Positions 28,813 through 43,600 of a DNA stretch of 64,000 nt are shown piece after piece (within the stretch, counting starts at the first letter, position 1; every line of letters starts with the position of its first letter). The notes beneath the pieces are model-generated. The model was not told where the DNA came from and searched no databases. It was given only the letters and a program-made list of their open reading frames with translations. Source of the stretch: Paramecium tetraurelia (lineage: Eukaryota); contig CT867992.1 in the NCBI GenBank assembly GCA_000165425.1, positions 186,001-250,000 of the forward strand, given 5' to 3'. A program made the translations under genes and the position numbers.

Positions 28813-29589
28813 ATGAATAAGTCAGTCTCCTTAAAATAATATTCTCTCCCTACTTATTAGCAAATAAACTATTCGCATGTTTATGGGTTGAAACCAGATG
28901 CTTAACATCTTGTGGATTTCCGCGTTGTCTCTATCGATGTGTGGCACTTTTTTAAACAGTATTACGGTGCAGGTATTTCTACTGATAGAGATTAATTTAG
29001 ACTACGACGTGATTGTTTTTGTCACTAAACTGCATCCTCAAATCAACAACTATATCCAATGCGACAATTTAGATGAAGGGTTGTGTGTTTGCAAAGAAAT
29101 CATCAATATCATCTTTGTCATTATATTTCCAAGAAACATCTCAGTAATGCAAGCCATCTTAACGCCCATAAGTCCTTGGATGGATTTAATGAAACTTCGC
29201 ACTTTTCTCTTTGCCATGTACAATTTGGGAACTGATACAATCTAGTTCACCAATGAAGCTTACATTTATTTCAACAATAAAAAGGTACCCTTTAAAGGCA
29301 ATCGAATACTACACGACATTGGCATCAACCACGATCTTTAGATTGTTATGGCGTGCCAAAACTTGTTGATGCAAGACATAGAGGAAGAGTTAGAGACAGA
29401 TGGAGAAGAACAGTAACTGGAATAAAGTAATTAATTCTCATTCTATTCTTCTAAGATTTACATGACAAACAAGAATTCTTAGATATTTTAGAAAAAGCAC
29501 TTGATCAATAGTCTACTTTGCAGCTGAGTATAAAATCGATTGAAAACATTCAATAAACTATAGAGCAAAATGACTTCTTTTAAATTTGA
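28813..29589 (+). CDS. hypothetical protein, possible ubiquitin-like domain
   Basis: ..LMKLRTFLFAMY..YIYFNNKKVPFKGNRILHDIGINHDLQIVM resembles a Ubl C-terminal half; short introns. Confidence 0.5.
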
Positions 29590-29709
29590 ATTTAATATTA
29601 TATAAATATAAAATATATATTAGAGTGAAAAAGGAGAATATTTTACTAACAATCGACCAAAACTACTAAAATTTAGGATTTGACAACTTTTCAGTTTAAT
29701 TTACAAAAA

Positions 29710-30957
29710 ATGTTTGCTCGTCGAAATGGTTCCAGATTAAAATTGAATGATACTTAGAAGAACTTTGTAATCAAGGTAAATCATTTTGATTAATGTATTA
29801 ATAGAGAGCATGCTCTACCAATAAATCCTCTATTTCTAGTTTAAATACCAGTAATTCCTCCAAATTTTTTGTAAAACAAATCTCCTATTATAATAGTAAT
29901 TTGAAGATAAGACACATCCAGAAGACGGAAAACTCTTAGATCTGTTATCAGAAAATGAAAACCTATAGAAATCTCAGATTTATCATCTCCAAATGAGTTC
30001 ATTTTAAATTCATAATGATGAGTCTGTCTAGTAAAGATGTATATATCTCATACCTTAAATTGATATAGATGCCCTCTCAGATGATGTCAACAACCCCTAA
30101 TTGAGAAGAAACATCACTTATAATTGGCATTATCATAATGACCATCAACAACATCTATGTTAAGATACAGTTTCCTTTAGTTTCTCAATTAAGAAGCATG
30201 GAATCAAAGAGATGTTGAGAGCCAAGATGATCGATTGGATGATTGAAGTATTTGGAAACTACCCTACTACTACCACATCATAGACCTACTTCAGAGCTGT
30301 TGGTCTATTAGATGCTTTTCTCAAAAAAACTTCGATGTATTATTACGATGGAGATGTGCATCTTATGGGCATCAGTTGCATGTTCATAGCATCGAAACTT
30401 GAAGATATCTATCACATTCCATTAAGTGACATTGTTACTAGAGTTGGACATAATAAATTCAATACTCTTAAGGTTAAAAATATGGAATAAACCATTTTGG
30501 AAACTTTATAATTCAATGTCTATTTTCCAACTCCTTTAGATTATTTATAAAATCTATTTTACAAGTGCTTTAGTCTAAATGATAAGTAATATTTCGAAAT
30601 TTATCTATAGTTAGACATTGTAGAACATCTATGAGACATGCATATATATATTAAAAATGTGTATGCATGATTTACACATGCTCAACTTTACACCGAATCT
30701 CCTATCTGCAGCTATTGTAGGTTATGCAGTTAGAGAATACATCGATACAAAATAAGAAAATAAAAAGGCCGATAATTTAAAATTAAATAAATAATCTGTA
30801 ATAATTTTGTACTTATTTGTTTTAGCAAGATTCGATTGTTAAAATTGCCAAAATAGACTTTAATACGTACAATGAATGCTAGAAGCAAATTGCTGAGTTG
30901 ATTAACACATTCAAATCCAAATATCCAGATCTTAATAATTTAGAAAAGTTTTCTTGA
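29710..30957 (+). CDS. Cyclin (A/B-type cyclin box)
   Basis: MLRAKMIDWMIEV..TYFRAVGLLDAFL..LMGISCMFIASKLEDIY..MEQTILETLQFNVYFPTPLDYL. Confidence 0.9.
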
Positions 30958-31337
30958 TAATTATTTTTGAATTAATTAACTAATTTAATTATTATGCAAA
31001 CATGGACTAACTAACTAGATAGGTTGACTGTCAAGGGTTTAGTCAGATGAAATAATACAATTTATTAATATATATAAACTTAAATGAGTTTATCGTACTT
31101 CTTCAATCAATTTTTTAATTTCTAACATGTTTAAACGATTATGTATATAATATATAATTTTAAAAGACATTCCAATAATTCTGTATAGCTTTAATAAATA
31201 ATAGTAATATATATATAAAATTTATACTTTATTGCTACATTAATATTAAATTTTTATATATTAATATACTACTAATTTATAATGTACTGATGGTTTCTGA
31301 TAATGTAAGATCTGATTTTACATTGTCTTTTATTTTC

Positions 31338-31446
31338 ATTGGTTGATTCTATGTTAAAGTGATTTAATCACTTGGAATTCGACGTGAGATTATTTCGATT
31401 TTATTAAAATTTACTATTTTGAACCAATATTCTTAATCAACCAATC
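31338..31446. promoter_or_regulatory. Cluster of CCAAT boxes upstream of histone H3
   Basis: ATTGGTT at 31338-31344 and AACCAAT at about 31422 and 31439, within 200 bp of the H3 ATG. Confidence 0.4.
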
Positions 31447-31526
31447 ATAATACAGAATTACTTATTTTAATAAACTTAAAACCCCCTAAATATAAATTCA
31501 AAAATTAAATTAAATAATCAATAAAA

Positions 31527-31949
<423 letters not shown>

Positions 31950-32099
31950 TCAATTAATATTATATTCAATTAAATGTGTTTCATCTCTTTTAATGCAAAA
32001 TATTTTCTTAAAATTTTCATTTTTATGGAAAAAATAAATTTAGAAATCTACAATTTATTATAACACATTTTAAATTATAGTAATAATAAATTATCCAAT

Positions 32100-32215
32100 A
32101 TCATTGATTTCAATAAAAATCTATTAAATTAGTATCTGGTAGTAAGGATAACTCTATCCATTTATGGGATATTAAGACAAGATAATAAAAACCAAATTAG
32201 ATTAATCTTCATATC
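32100..32215 (+). pseudogene. isolated WD40-repeat relic
   Basis: LVSGSKDNSIHLWDIKTRQQ is a typical WD40 repeat; no intact surrounding ORF found. Confidence 0.5.
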
Positions 32216-33625
32216 TTCAATTTTACTTTAAGTAGGTATTTGTAAATAATTCTATCAATGGGTATAAATGTTCTTTAATTGGATATAAATTCAATATTTT
32301 TTGCTTCAATATATTTTTAATAAAATATTAATTGAAAATCAAAATGCTCTTGACAGAATTGGTAAAAATAACATCCATTAGAATACTGCATGACTTTTGA
32401 TAATTAATAATACCAAATTATCATAAAAATATTAAGTAATCCTCGGACTAATTTTATTGATTTGGTCCAGCCTTTAAATTAGATATCAGTATTAAATTAT
32501 TCAATATATATTTGTAAATTAATTAAAAATTACAAAGAAATGGGAAACTATAATATTGAAGCCTCAATAAAAAGATATAATCATTAAATTTTATTATTAT
32601 TATTAAGAGCTCTTGGTGTTCAAAAATAATTATGATTCAATAAATTATTGTGATACTAAGCCATTCTATATTTCTTTTATTAAATAAACATCATTATAAT
32701 TTATGATTATTCATAAAATAATACTCTCTACCATATCAACAATAAAATAATTAATCTATTATTGATTTTTTGGAAATGTTTTATAATATAAAGTAAATTT
32801 TTATATGAATTCAAAAAATAAGCAAGAGGTTTATTATTGCTAGAAAAGTATATCAAATCTGTAATAAAAAAACCTTTTAGTAATAAAAGTGATTGAAAAG
32901 AATATAATTCTTATTTAGAAAATGAATGTCGCAAATGCATCTTCATTTTTCGAGAATATTCATCAAAGTTAGGGTAAAACGCAAATTTATTATTATTTTA
33001 CTACAGAAGTCTTAACTTAAGCATTATATAAGTTAAATGTTGCTAATATTCTTTCTTGCATTAAATGTTGTTTCGAGAATCACCCAATAATTGTTTTCTT
33101 TATTTTGATGTCATATTAATAAATTAAATATGTGCAACTCCATCTCATTTTAGAATGTTAGCATAATAGCAAAAAAAACCATTTTGAGTGTATTTGAATA
33201 TTAAGTTGAAAATTCATCGAATTGAAGAAAATAAGAATAATTTATTTTCTGGTTTCTTCTGATCAGGGAATAATTATAAATAAATCTCTAGAGAATGGAA
33301 TAAATCATGAGAAAACAAGCCAGATAAGTAGATAAAGACTGATGAAATTGTGTTACTGATGGTTCTATAATTATCTGAAGTAATTGAATGTAGAAATATG
33401 TTTACTACTTCAGAGCTGATAAAATGTATTTGATTTATTATATATGATTGCATATATGATTACTCAATTAGCAGAAAATCATAGATTGTGTGAATAGATT
33501 TTAAGTTGATTCTGAGAGTTTTGAGATAAAATTCAATTTGTTATTATTATATTCATTTATGTTAATATCTTATCAAGATATATTGTTGATTGAGAGTTAA
33601 TTAATCGAAAAGCAGAAAAATAAAA

Positions 33626-33696
33626 AGGGGTCGGAAAGAGTTGAACTTTCTTTTTTATTCTTTGGACTAATAAATGCCACCACTGGCACAACCCCT
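33626..33696 (-). tRNA. non-canonical tRNA-like element (Trp CCA-like; possibly a pseudo-tRNA)
   Basis: Minus strand reads (A)GGGGTTG T GCCA-GTGG-TGGC A TTTATT-AGTCCAAAG-AATAAA AAA GAAAG-TTCAACT-CTTTC CGACCCC, then TTTTT: four paired stems, a B-box-like GTTCAACTC and a Pol III-type T run. Confidence 0.5.
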
Positions 33697-34230
33697 CCTT
33701 ATCCTATTCAAGAAACAAGAAATTCGTATAAATAGTGTTGTTGTTATGTTATAATTCATAGTAACTAATAAGAAGGTAGAAAGTAAAGAAGAAGTTGAGG
33801 ATGGTATCAGATTCTTAAGAGGTCATAATAATATTTTAATTTTAAAAAAAATCATAATCATAAGATTTTGATTTAAAGGGTTTAAGCAAAATTCAGTTCA
33901 AATAGAATAATAAATTAAGTAAGGAAGATGGTATGTGAAAAAGGTTGAATAACTCATAATTTAAATGAATTGAACTATTAAACATGAAAATGAAGGAATA
34001 GGAGAATATTTCAGCTTAACAAGGTCTGATTTTAATGTGAATTTAATAGAGTAGTCATGCATATTGATTAGGAGAACAAACTTTTGACGATGCATTCATA
34101 AATGAATAGTATTAAGGAATAAGAAAATGGTTGAATGTTAGAAATTCGAGTTTTTACAAGTCAAAGATGAAATAAAAGAAAACTTGAAGCTTGCTCAAAA
34201 ATAATTTTTCTGAGAAACCTTGAATAAGAA

Positions 34231-34344
34231 AGTATAAAAAGTCAGGTGATCTCATTAATATAACTAAATCATTTTCTGAAACTTAATCATTTAAAGGACT
34301 GTCTCCAAATATAGAGAAATTAAAACTAATCAAGTTGTTGTTGA
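34231..34344 (+). pseudogene. 3'-terminal fragment of the Rab gene at 49081-49852
   Basis: Matches the reverse complement of about 49081-49195 and ends ..NQSSCC*; upstream sequence is unrelated to Rab. Confidence 0.85.
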
Positions 34345-34573
34345 TCATTATTTTTAAGTTTAATTTAGTTATTTTATAAAATTTTAACAAACATATTTTC
34401 TGTAAACTCTGTAATTAACAATTAAATTGATTGAATATATTATTTAACATGTTTTCAAAATTTCTCAAATTAATTATTTTTTGTCATTAAATATCATCAA
34501 ATTATTAAATGTAATAGAATTACAAATACTCTGGTGATATTAATTAAAATAACTAAAAAATTGAAAAAATCCA

Positions 34574-37288
34574 ATGGAGTAACACGAGGGATTCTTCAAG
34601 GAATTGAAACAAATCTACGATATTAAAATACCGATTCCAGAACCATCTGTCTTTTAATAAAATCATATTTAAAAGTTAATATTTTATTTCGATCTAACAA
34701 ATACTCAAAAATACTATGATTTAATGTCAAACTTATCGATTATTCATAGGTAAGAAAGAATATGGAATGGTGGATAATTATGTTAATTTTAATTTAATAA
34801 TAAAAAAAAAGAATAATAATCTATTTTCTGCTATTACTTCAATAAGTTACTATAAGATGATGAACAAATCAACATCTAAAATTTATTTAGATTTAGAATA
34901 TTTTTGTAAGAATTCATAAAAACTTAATAAAACTATTAGATAAAATTTGTGTTTCACTTTCTACAAAAGAACTAAAATGATAAGGAATTTTAGGATCTTA
35001 TAATAAATTATATTTATTAAATTCTCGATGGGTCTTTCGACGAGCTATAAGATATGATATGTGTGTATAGTACATAAAATAATGAGGAAATGAACTATCG
35101 TAAGATTTCATCTAAAAAAATACACTTTAATAAAAATAATTAATAGTAGAAATTTGACATTTCTTATATTATTTTATTGGATGAATTTTTGGATTACGTT
35201 TAATAAAAATAGGATGATTTTAATTAGATAGGGTTTATATGCTATCAGTATTTATAATCTTAAGTTGATGTAGTATTAAAAGAATTTGAGAAAGAACTTT
35301 TACAACTTTAAGATGACATTAAGCAAATGATTGAATTCCCTGTCAATCTGAATAATGAAATAGAAGTTAAATAAAATGTTTCATAATATTTAGAAAGTTT
35401 GAAGACTCTTATTTCTGAAATTTGCACAGTAGTTAATGTCGATGAAAGTTTGGATAAAATGGTAATAGGATTATTAAAAGCTTTAAATGATTAAAGATAG
35501 AAAATGTTAAAATGTTTAAATCAAATTTTTGAAGAAAATAGTTAATTTGAACACTATTTAAAAATAAATTATAAAGGTAAATTACCTAATGAAGTAGTTT
35601 AATAATTGCTTCAATTTTAATTTAAATTAGATGAATCTGATTTTAAAGTTTTGCAAGAAATAAGCAAATATTAATACAATTATGATGTAATAAAGAAAAC
35701 TATGCTTATAATGTCTATTAACTTAAAATAATGGTTTGAGTAATTTGATTTGTATCTTCCATAAAGCTTAGCATATTTCGGAAGAATACATCATCAAAAA
35801 GACAATATAAATTTAAATAAACATTATGTTATTGTTTTAGGTATGACAAAAGTTGGGAAAAGTACATTACTCAATATATTAAATAATCCAGAGAATATTA
35901 TTATTACTTAGGATAAGAAGTTCGATGTAAAATAAAAGAATAGTAAAATTCTATTATCTCATAAAAATACTAGTTAAACATTTTACACAGAAAATGTGGA
36001 TATTGGTCAATTTATATTTGTTGATACTCCTGGCTTACGTGATACTCATGGTGATAATAGAGTTTTCAATCATTTAAATATCTTTAATTAGATAAATTAA
36101 GTAAGAGACTAGTTTTTTCTATTTATGATTGATGGAGAACTGCTCTCAACAAATAAAAACGATTTAATCGATTCAATAGTTCAAATTAATTTGATTTTAG
36201 GAGATTAATTAGATGATTAATATCTTGAAAATATTATCATTCCTACTTTCACTAAAATAAGAGATGATTTTACTATGGAATAAATAATTACAAAATGGCA
36301 AACCGAGACAATGAAAGATATTACAGATTAGAAATAACTAAAAATATTGAATATAATTAAAAAAGCAATTGATGAATAACATTATGTTAAAATTTATTAG
36401 GCAGAACACTACGAAGTACATCAAGAACTAAATAAATTGGAATTAGAAATTTAATAGTTAAAAGATGAAATTTGTGAGTTGGTTGAAAAAGGAGAAGAAA
36501 GCAAGGAACAATAGGCAAAATTAAGACAAAAAAAAAAAGAGTTAGAATAATTAAACAAAGCTAGTTTATTCGAAGATAAAATGATTTAAATTAAATAGGA
36601 TATTTTGGGGAAATGCGAAAATATCTTAGAGAGGAAAAAAATAGCATTGCAAGGAAAATCAGATATTAATTAGAAGTTTGAATTCAAGTTATCTGATGAA
36701 GAGTAGCCACTATTAAATAAGTTATTAGCACATCGAGACAAATTTTATCAACAAATCGTAAACATAATAACAAATGAATTTATTGCTAAGATGCTTTTTG
36801 ATAATTCAATGAGTATAGATGAAAAGTTTAGTGTAAGATATCAAATAGATGATATAAATTTGGAAAGAATAGAAGATATACCTAAAGTACTAATTAGTGA
36901 GAAAATATAAAGTTAGATTGAGAAGCTTGATCGTTTTAATAATAATATAAAGGAGCATGATAAAAATGAGGATCCAACAAAAGTTGATTTTATGGAATTT
37001 AAGAAAAAATTCTAATTCATATGTGAAGCTTTTAAAAATGCTGCTTCTAAGCATCAAATTTTAATATATAAGTGGAATGAAGTAATTTAATTCCATAAAA
37101 TCTCCTTAAGCATACCCAATATATTAATTACAGTACCTTTAGTTCTTCTTATGGCGATATCTGCAGGGAATGAATTATTTAAAAATAGCCTTTTTGTGAA
37201 ATAGACAGAAAAAGAAAAAGAAGAGAAACTATAGTTAATCAAGATTCAGCAAACGTATTTCACATAATTTGAGAATAAAAGTAAATGA
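34574..37288 (+). CDS. Large AIG1/GIMAP-like TRAFAC P-loop GTPase, copy 1 (904 aa)
   Basis: Intronless ORF MEQHEGFFKELKQIY..; G1 GMTKVGKST, G2 SQT, G3 FVDTPGLRDT, G4-like FTKI; then coiled coil and a hydrophobic C-terminal segment. Confidence 0.85.
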
Positions 37289-37652
37289 ATAGTTATTTAT
37301 TTAAAATTATACAACATTTCTGTATAAAGGCTCTACTTTAATTCTTATTTTTAAGTTTTTTAAATTTTATTAAGATTTATAAATCAATATATAAATTCTT
37401 CCAGAAAAATTATTTTTGAAATTAGTTCTAGATTTCATTTTTTAGATTACCTATTGATTAGAATAGTTTTAGTATTTTTGTGATAACTTATTTTTGGATA
37501 TTTTCAAGATTATGATGTTTATATATATAAAATTTATAAATGATAAAGAAAGTCAAATTAAACTTAAAAAATAGATCTTAAAAGGATATTGAAATAAATG
37601 TTATCAGACATTAATAATTTAAATATTATATATTTGATAGGAGATGAAATAC

Positions 37653-40600
37653 TCATTTTTGTGCACTATTTTCATATTATTCTAAATCTTTAACAAATTA
37701 AAAGTGATTCATATCATCAAAATCTTGATTGCTATCATTTTTGATTGGATCAATAAAATATCCTTTAGTTTTTCGATTAATGGACTTAAATTCTACTTCT
37801 TTATTGAATGTAAACAAAAACTGATCTGGATATGATTGTTCTAGTAATTATTTAGTTTCTTCAGAGACTTACACTTTTCCTCTTTCTCCATTAGATTCCA
37901 TTTTATTAGAAATCATAACATCAGCCCCATAAACATCATATCTAACAATTTCAGTTCCCAAGATTCCTCCAATGACTTTACCCTATGATATAATATAATA
38001 ATTACTGTATGTATTCCAATTCTCATATCTAATCCATCAAATCCAATAATTGATCTAACTTATCTAATAATATCTATCATTTTAAATCCTAATTCAACAA
38101 CATTTTTAGCTTCTTAAGCTGGATTTCTTTATGTAACATCTACAATACCAAATGCAACATAACAATCTCCAATTGTATATAATTTATAAGCATTTTATGT
38201 TAAACATATTTTATCAAACTCAGTAAACAAATTCCTTAACATATTCACAACTTATTCTGGTTCTACTCTACTTGAATATTCAGTAAAACCAGCTATATCT
38301 GCAAATAATAGAGTAGCATCTTCAAATTAATCTACTAAAACCATTCTTTAATTACTATTAGATAAGAATTGCTTTAATATATGAGTAGGTAATAGATATT
38401 TAACTAAATTTTAAGTTTATAGTTTTTTTAATTCTAAAGATCTTTTATTATTGAATGTACCTAAATCCTAAAAAAATAAATGATATTGAACTATAAATGT
38501 CATACAACTCTAAAAAATAGTATAATATGCAATTGCACCATCCTTATAATGAATCAATACTATCAATAATTATGAGATAAAGAGGCAAAGGTTAAAATAA
38601 ACCTTGTACTTAATCTTAATAATTGAAAGTGAGCAGAAGAAACAAATTAATAAAATTCCTTCTGCTGCTTATAATTCCACTGATTTTTCAGGCATCAAAA
38701 GGAATTCTACAAGAATACTTATTAATATGCCAAAGTAAGTTATTAAGAAGTATTAATATTTGTAAAATGTATGCTTTAATTTTTTGTGTTACAAAATAGC
38801 CAAGATCAATAGCAAGATGGAAACTATAAATCGAATTACAAAGACTAGAAGCCAATTCTATAAATGTTACAAATACAATAGTGTAATAGTCTTTGATATG
38901 AACTAAATGAAATGTAAAGAAAGCATAAATACAATATTTATACCCTCCTTCTAATCCATGAATTCTTATGCTAATTCTTTTTAACTATCTTTGAAATCCA
39001 AATAGAATTTAGTCCTCTCTAACTATAAATCTTCACTTTTAAATTGTTCATCTTCATCAAATGATATTTTTTCTATTTCAATTTCATAATCTGGTGCTTC
39101 ATCTAATATTTCTATATAAAGATCTCTTCTTAATTTTTAGGATAAATCATGAAGAAGATTTGTTTAAATTTTCTCAAAAAATGATTCATCTTTTAAATTA
39201 TTAGAATGAACGCTTTCTTCTGCTTAATAAACAACAATAGGTGGTAAATTTCTATTGCTTTAATTTTGAATATTATTTTGACTACCAGAGTGTTATAATT
39301 GTATTGCACCTGCAATCTTTTAACCATCTTAAGCTTTCATAATCAATGTAGGTCCTCTTTGACCCCTTTTTCTTAAAGGTTGAATATCCTTTGATTACAT
39401 AGATTCTTTAAGTAAACTGAAACTAGTTGTATTATTCTCTACATTCTATTCTTTTTCCATTTTTACATTCTATTCTTTTTCCATTTTTACATTGTTCTCT
39501 TTAGGATATACATCAAATTGTTTAATCTATTAAGGGACTTTCAATTATCTGAAATCAGTTTTAGGAGTGACAGGATCCATTTTGGTTAGAGTGGGCATAT
39601 CTTATTAAGAAGCATCAAATTTTGGAACAAGCCCTTTCTTTTTTTTTACTTTTTTATCAGTGTTTCGTTTTATGGAGGTTACAATTTGCCAAGTAATCAA
39701 TTCTCCTTTTCCCTTCGCATTTACTTTAAGCTAGTTGAATTACAAATCTGGCATATTTAGTTCCATGTAAGCTTCATTAGAGAGGGTAATTTCTCCATCT
39801 TAACCAGTTGAACACACTCTACTTGTTGTATTAACAGTGTCACCTATTAATGAAAATTGTGGTTTATGATGACCAATCACACCAGCAATGACACGGCCAT
39901 AATGAACTCCAATTTTGATTTTGACGTTGCCAGATTATCCAAACTTGAATTTTTTAGCATATTCCATCATTTCTAAAGATAATTAAACAGCCTTTAAATA
40001 TTACATATTTATACTCTCTTTACTGCACTTTGATTGATGAATTTAGTTCCCTAATCGACGGCCTTTAAACCTCCAGCTGCCATAAATGTCTTTCCAACTG
40101 TTTCTATTTTTTGCATTCCATTTGAGACACATAAGCCATCAAATCCTCTAAATAAGCTATCTAATAAATTAACAATGTTTTCTTTTTCGACAGCAATGAG
40201 ATCATCAAATCCACAAATGTCACAAAATAAAATTGAAACTTCCCCTTAATTTTCTTATATCTCAAACACTCCCTCTAAAATTAATTAGAACTATAAATAT
40301 ACTTGCATTGATTCTATCTCTAATAAATTTCGGTAATAAAATTGATAACACATTAGTCATTGACGTAGTTTCTTGATTAAGAGTTGCAGCCAACATAAAA
40401 TCTTACTTTTCCATCATATGCAATTTATACTAAAGTGATATAAATAAGATCAATGTGACTAAAACTATTAAATCTCCGTTTATTATTTTGTAGTAATCAG
40501 TTCCAAAACTAAACTTTCTTAGGAACCCGACAACAGACAAAGTAGCTATGATAAAATTTAATAGTGGGATGTGCAACCTTGAGAATATAATGATTAAGAT

Positions 40601-43600
40601 ATAACATTAACTTAATAGGATATCATAGTTTCCTTCTTATTAAAAGTCTGAAATCATCTTTGTAAGCAATCTGATGCATGCAATGATTAGATTAATTTAA
40701 AAAAAATGTTTCAAGTAAATTCCTGAACAGATTATTATTTGCATTATTACTTAACTGCTTATACTTAAAATGTAGATTATAAAATAGGTTTAAGATTGAA
40801 TTTCATATCTATAAGTGAGTGAATAGATCATCAAAGCAAAGACTTCCAAAAATATAAGAGACAATCCTAGTTTGATTCTTTCAAATTGAATCCAAATTAA
40901 TTTTGATAGTCTTTTAAACTTCATTTCAGTATCTTTATTTAAGAATCTTAAAGTAAATTTATTGATTCTATCTTGATTTACTTTCAACTCACAAATTATG
41001 TCTTATATAGATATATCCATTTCATCTTTGTTTTTCTTAAATACTTTCCCAGCCAACTAAGCGAATCTTTTTATAAGATTGTGATATCTCTTTGCTCCAT
41101 TTTTCTATGCCTTTTACAGATAGATCTACACTTCTTAAAATTAAGCCTTATCAATTAGAGATGAACAAAATAATGGTTGAATGTATTCAATTACATTGCT
41201 TAGGCAAAATTAAGTAAAACCATAATAAATGAAAGCCAACCATGTTGAAGACACTGTAAACAATTCTAAAAAGCTCTCCATATTTTGAAAATAAGCAGAT
41301 AAGATTGAAGTCATCAACCAACATATTAAGTAAGTTGCAATAAAAGTTATCCATGTATATTTGGAATAAGCCGTAGATACCACTAATTTTACAATGTCAC
41401 TTAAGATCAAGAGTATTAATACCATTTATTTCAAGGTGTCAAATTAGATTTCATCTACTATTTGTAATGATTAATAGAATAATGCAGCATCCAACATGGC
41501 ATTTCCATTAATTTTCAAGATGAATGACAAAATTTTCTTCTTTTTGAAAATCTTAATATTGTGTTTGAATTGTTCTATATAAGTGATTGAATCCTTGTCA
41601 TATTATCGATCTAACTTTGATTTTAGACTCACTATTTATTAGATAAACAGTAAAATACTCTAATAAACAGTCAACCAAGCCCCTGTAAATATAGTTTGAT
41701 TCTAACTACAATAAGTTGCATATAGAAAAAATAAAATGTAAATTATGAGCAAGGATCTATAGAAAGAAAAGACTAATAAATCATCGTAGACTTCTGCGAA
41801 AATTCGACTTTCAAAGAACATCAAGCCACTCAAATCTAGATAATCTTTGAGACAAATATCTGATGTAGGAACAACCCACATTTCATTTAATAGGAATTTT
41901 CGATTCAAAGGATTATCCAGTGATTTATTTGAAGTAACTTTACGATTGAGTTTCAACTTGGTACTTCCTCTTTGATATTATTGGATTTAAATTGGATAGT
42001 GACAATATTGAACTCCTATATTTGATTAGCAGAACATATAGTTATCATTGTATGAATCACCAACAGCCAGAACTCTTTTATTGCCTATGAATTGAGTCTA
42101 TATGATTTGAATGATAGTAGCTTTTTACTTTTAATCCATTTTATAAGCTATTAAAGAGTTGCTAAAATAAAGAAGAAATTAGAAATGACTTAATAAGGAA
42201 CTGTCCTATAAAATAGTGTTGAAATATTCTCCACTCAATATGATACTATATGATTTGACTTCAGGATAGACAGCTTACTTTTCCTCCAAGGTTAGTGTTC
42301 GATGATGTCTATCAAGAGTACTCATTCTCATTGGTCTTGAACCCCATGATTCATCTAATTTTAAGGACTGTGAAAGGATGGTTAAATGATTCTTGATAAC
42401 CACTCTAGCATTCTCATTGTCTAGATATAACAGAATATCGTTTTGATTGAGTATTTTGGATTTGAATGCTACTGGTAAGACTCTTGTTAATTCATCTCCA
42501 CTCAACATATAAAGACTGAGTTCGGCAGATTTCATTTGATTTATTAACATTTTGGTGTCTTTTCTTATTAATTCTTTGACTCCAATGACTTAAACAATTT
42601 GCATATCTTTTGAGATTTATTGAAATGCAGACATTCCTTCTTCACCTTAGAATCGAGACATAAAAATGCTAGCATCCTTCTCCTTCAGATACACCTTTGA
42701 GTAAATGACTGATCTCATTCCACTCATATGCAACTTTTGGAATACTTTATCCCAGTATTCTCTGCTGGATTTATCCACATCAATATTTACAGGTAATTGG
42801 TTTGTTTCTTCTCTCAAAATAAATATATATTAAAGACTTTCCATTGGATCCTGCTCATTTATTAACATGAACTTCTCTTATAGTTTATCTGGATAGAGCA
42901 CCAGTATTCCTAACTAATTGCTTCCATTATGATATACAGCCATAACTTAAAATTCCAATACTTCTCCAAAGAAATCCACAATGTAAATAACCTTCCCATT
43001 GTATTCATTACAACATAAAAACTTAATATCTAGCAGACCTACAAATCTCAGTACTTCTTAATCAAATGAGTATGATGATGAATCATGCATAAATTAATCT
43101 TCACTAGGAGAATATCTTGATACTATTTCTTAACAAAGTAAAAGCGACAAAACGGATTCTTAATACATTAACTTATTCTATCCGTGAATAAGATGCTTAT
43201 AGAATTCATTCTCTCCATGATAAACTATTTCGACCTCTTCTTCAATGGCTTTGTCCAATTAAAATGATTTTTTTGCACTATATTATCTTTTCATATCGGA
43301 TTAAGAATGCTCTAAAAATTTCTTACTCCTAATTGATCTGCTGTTTTCAAAAGATTTCTGGTCTTCCTTATAAGATTGCTGTTTAATCAGTAATTCTTCC
43401 TCCTATGACTAACTTATCCCTCCTTAACTAACTCCAACCACTTGTACAGGTGCTGTTACGATAGCCTTCTTATTGAAAAAAGGTCTTGGTTTTACATTGC
43501 ATAATTCAGGTGTAACTTTATAATGAGTGTCATCAAACTCTTCTACTCTCATATTTTCTATTTCTACCTCCATCTCATCTAATGGATTTGCTATGCTCCT

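Noticed and set aside
33626..33696. tRNA-Sec or a Gln tRNA reading TAA/TAG
   Set aside because: No long variable arm, and no TCA, TTA or CTA triplet in the anticodon loop.
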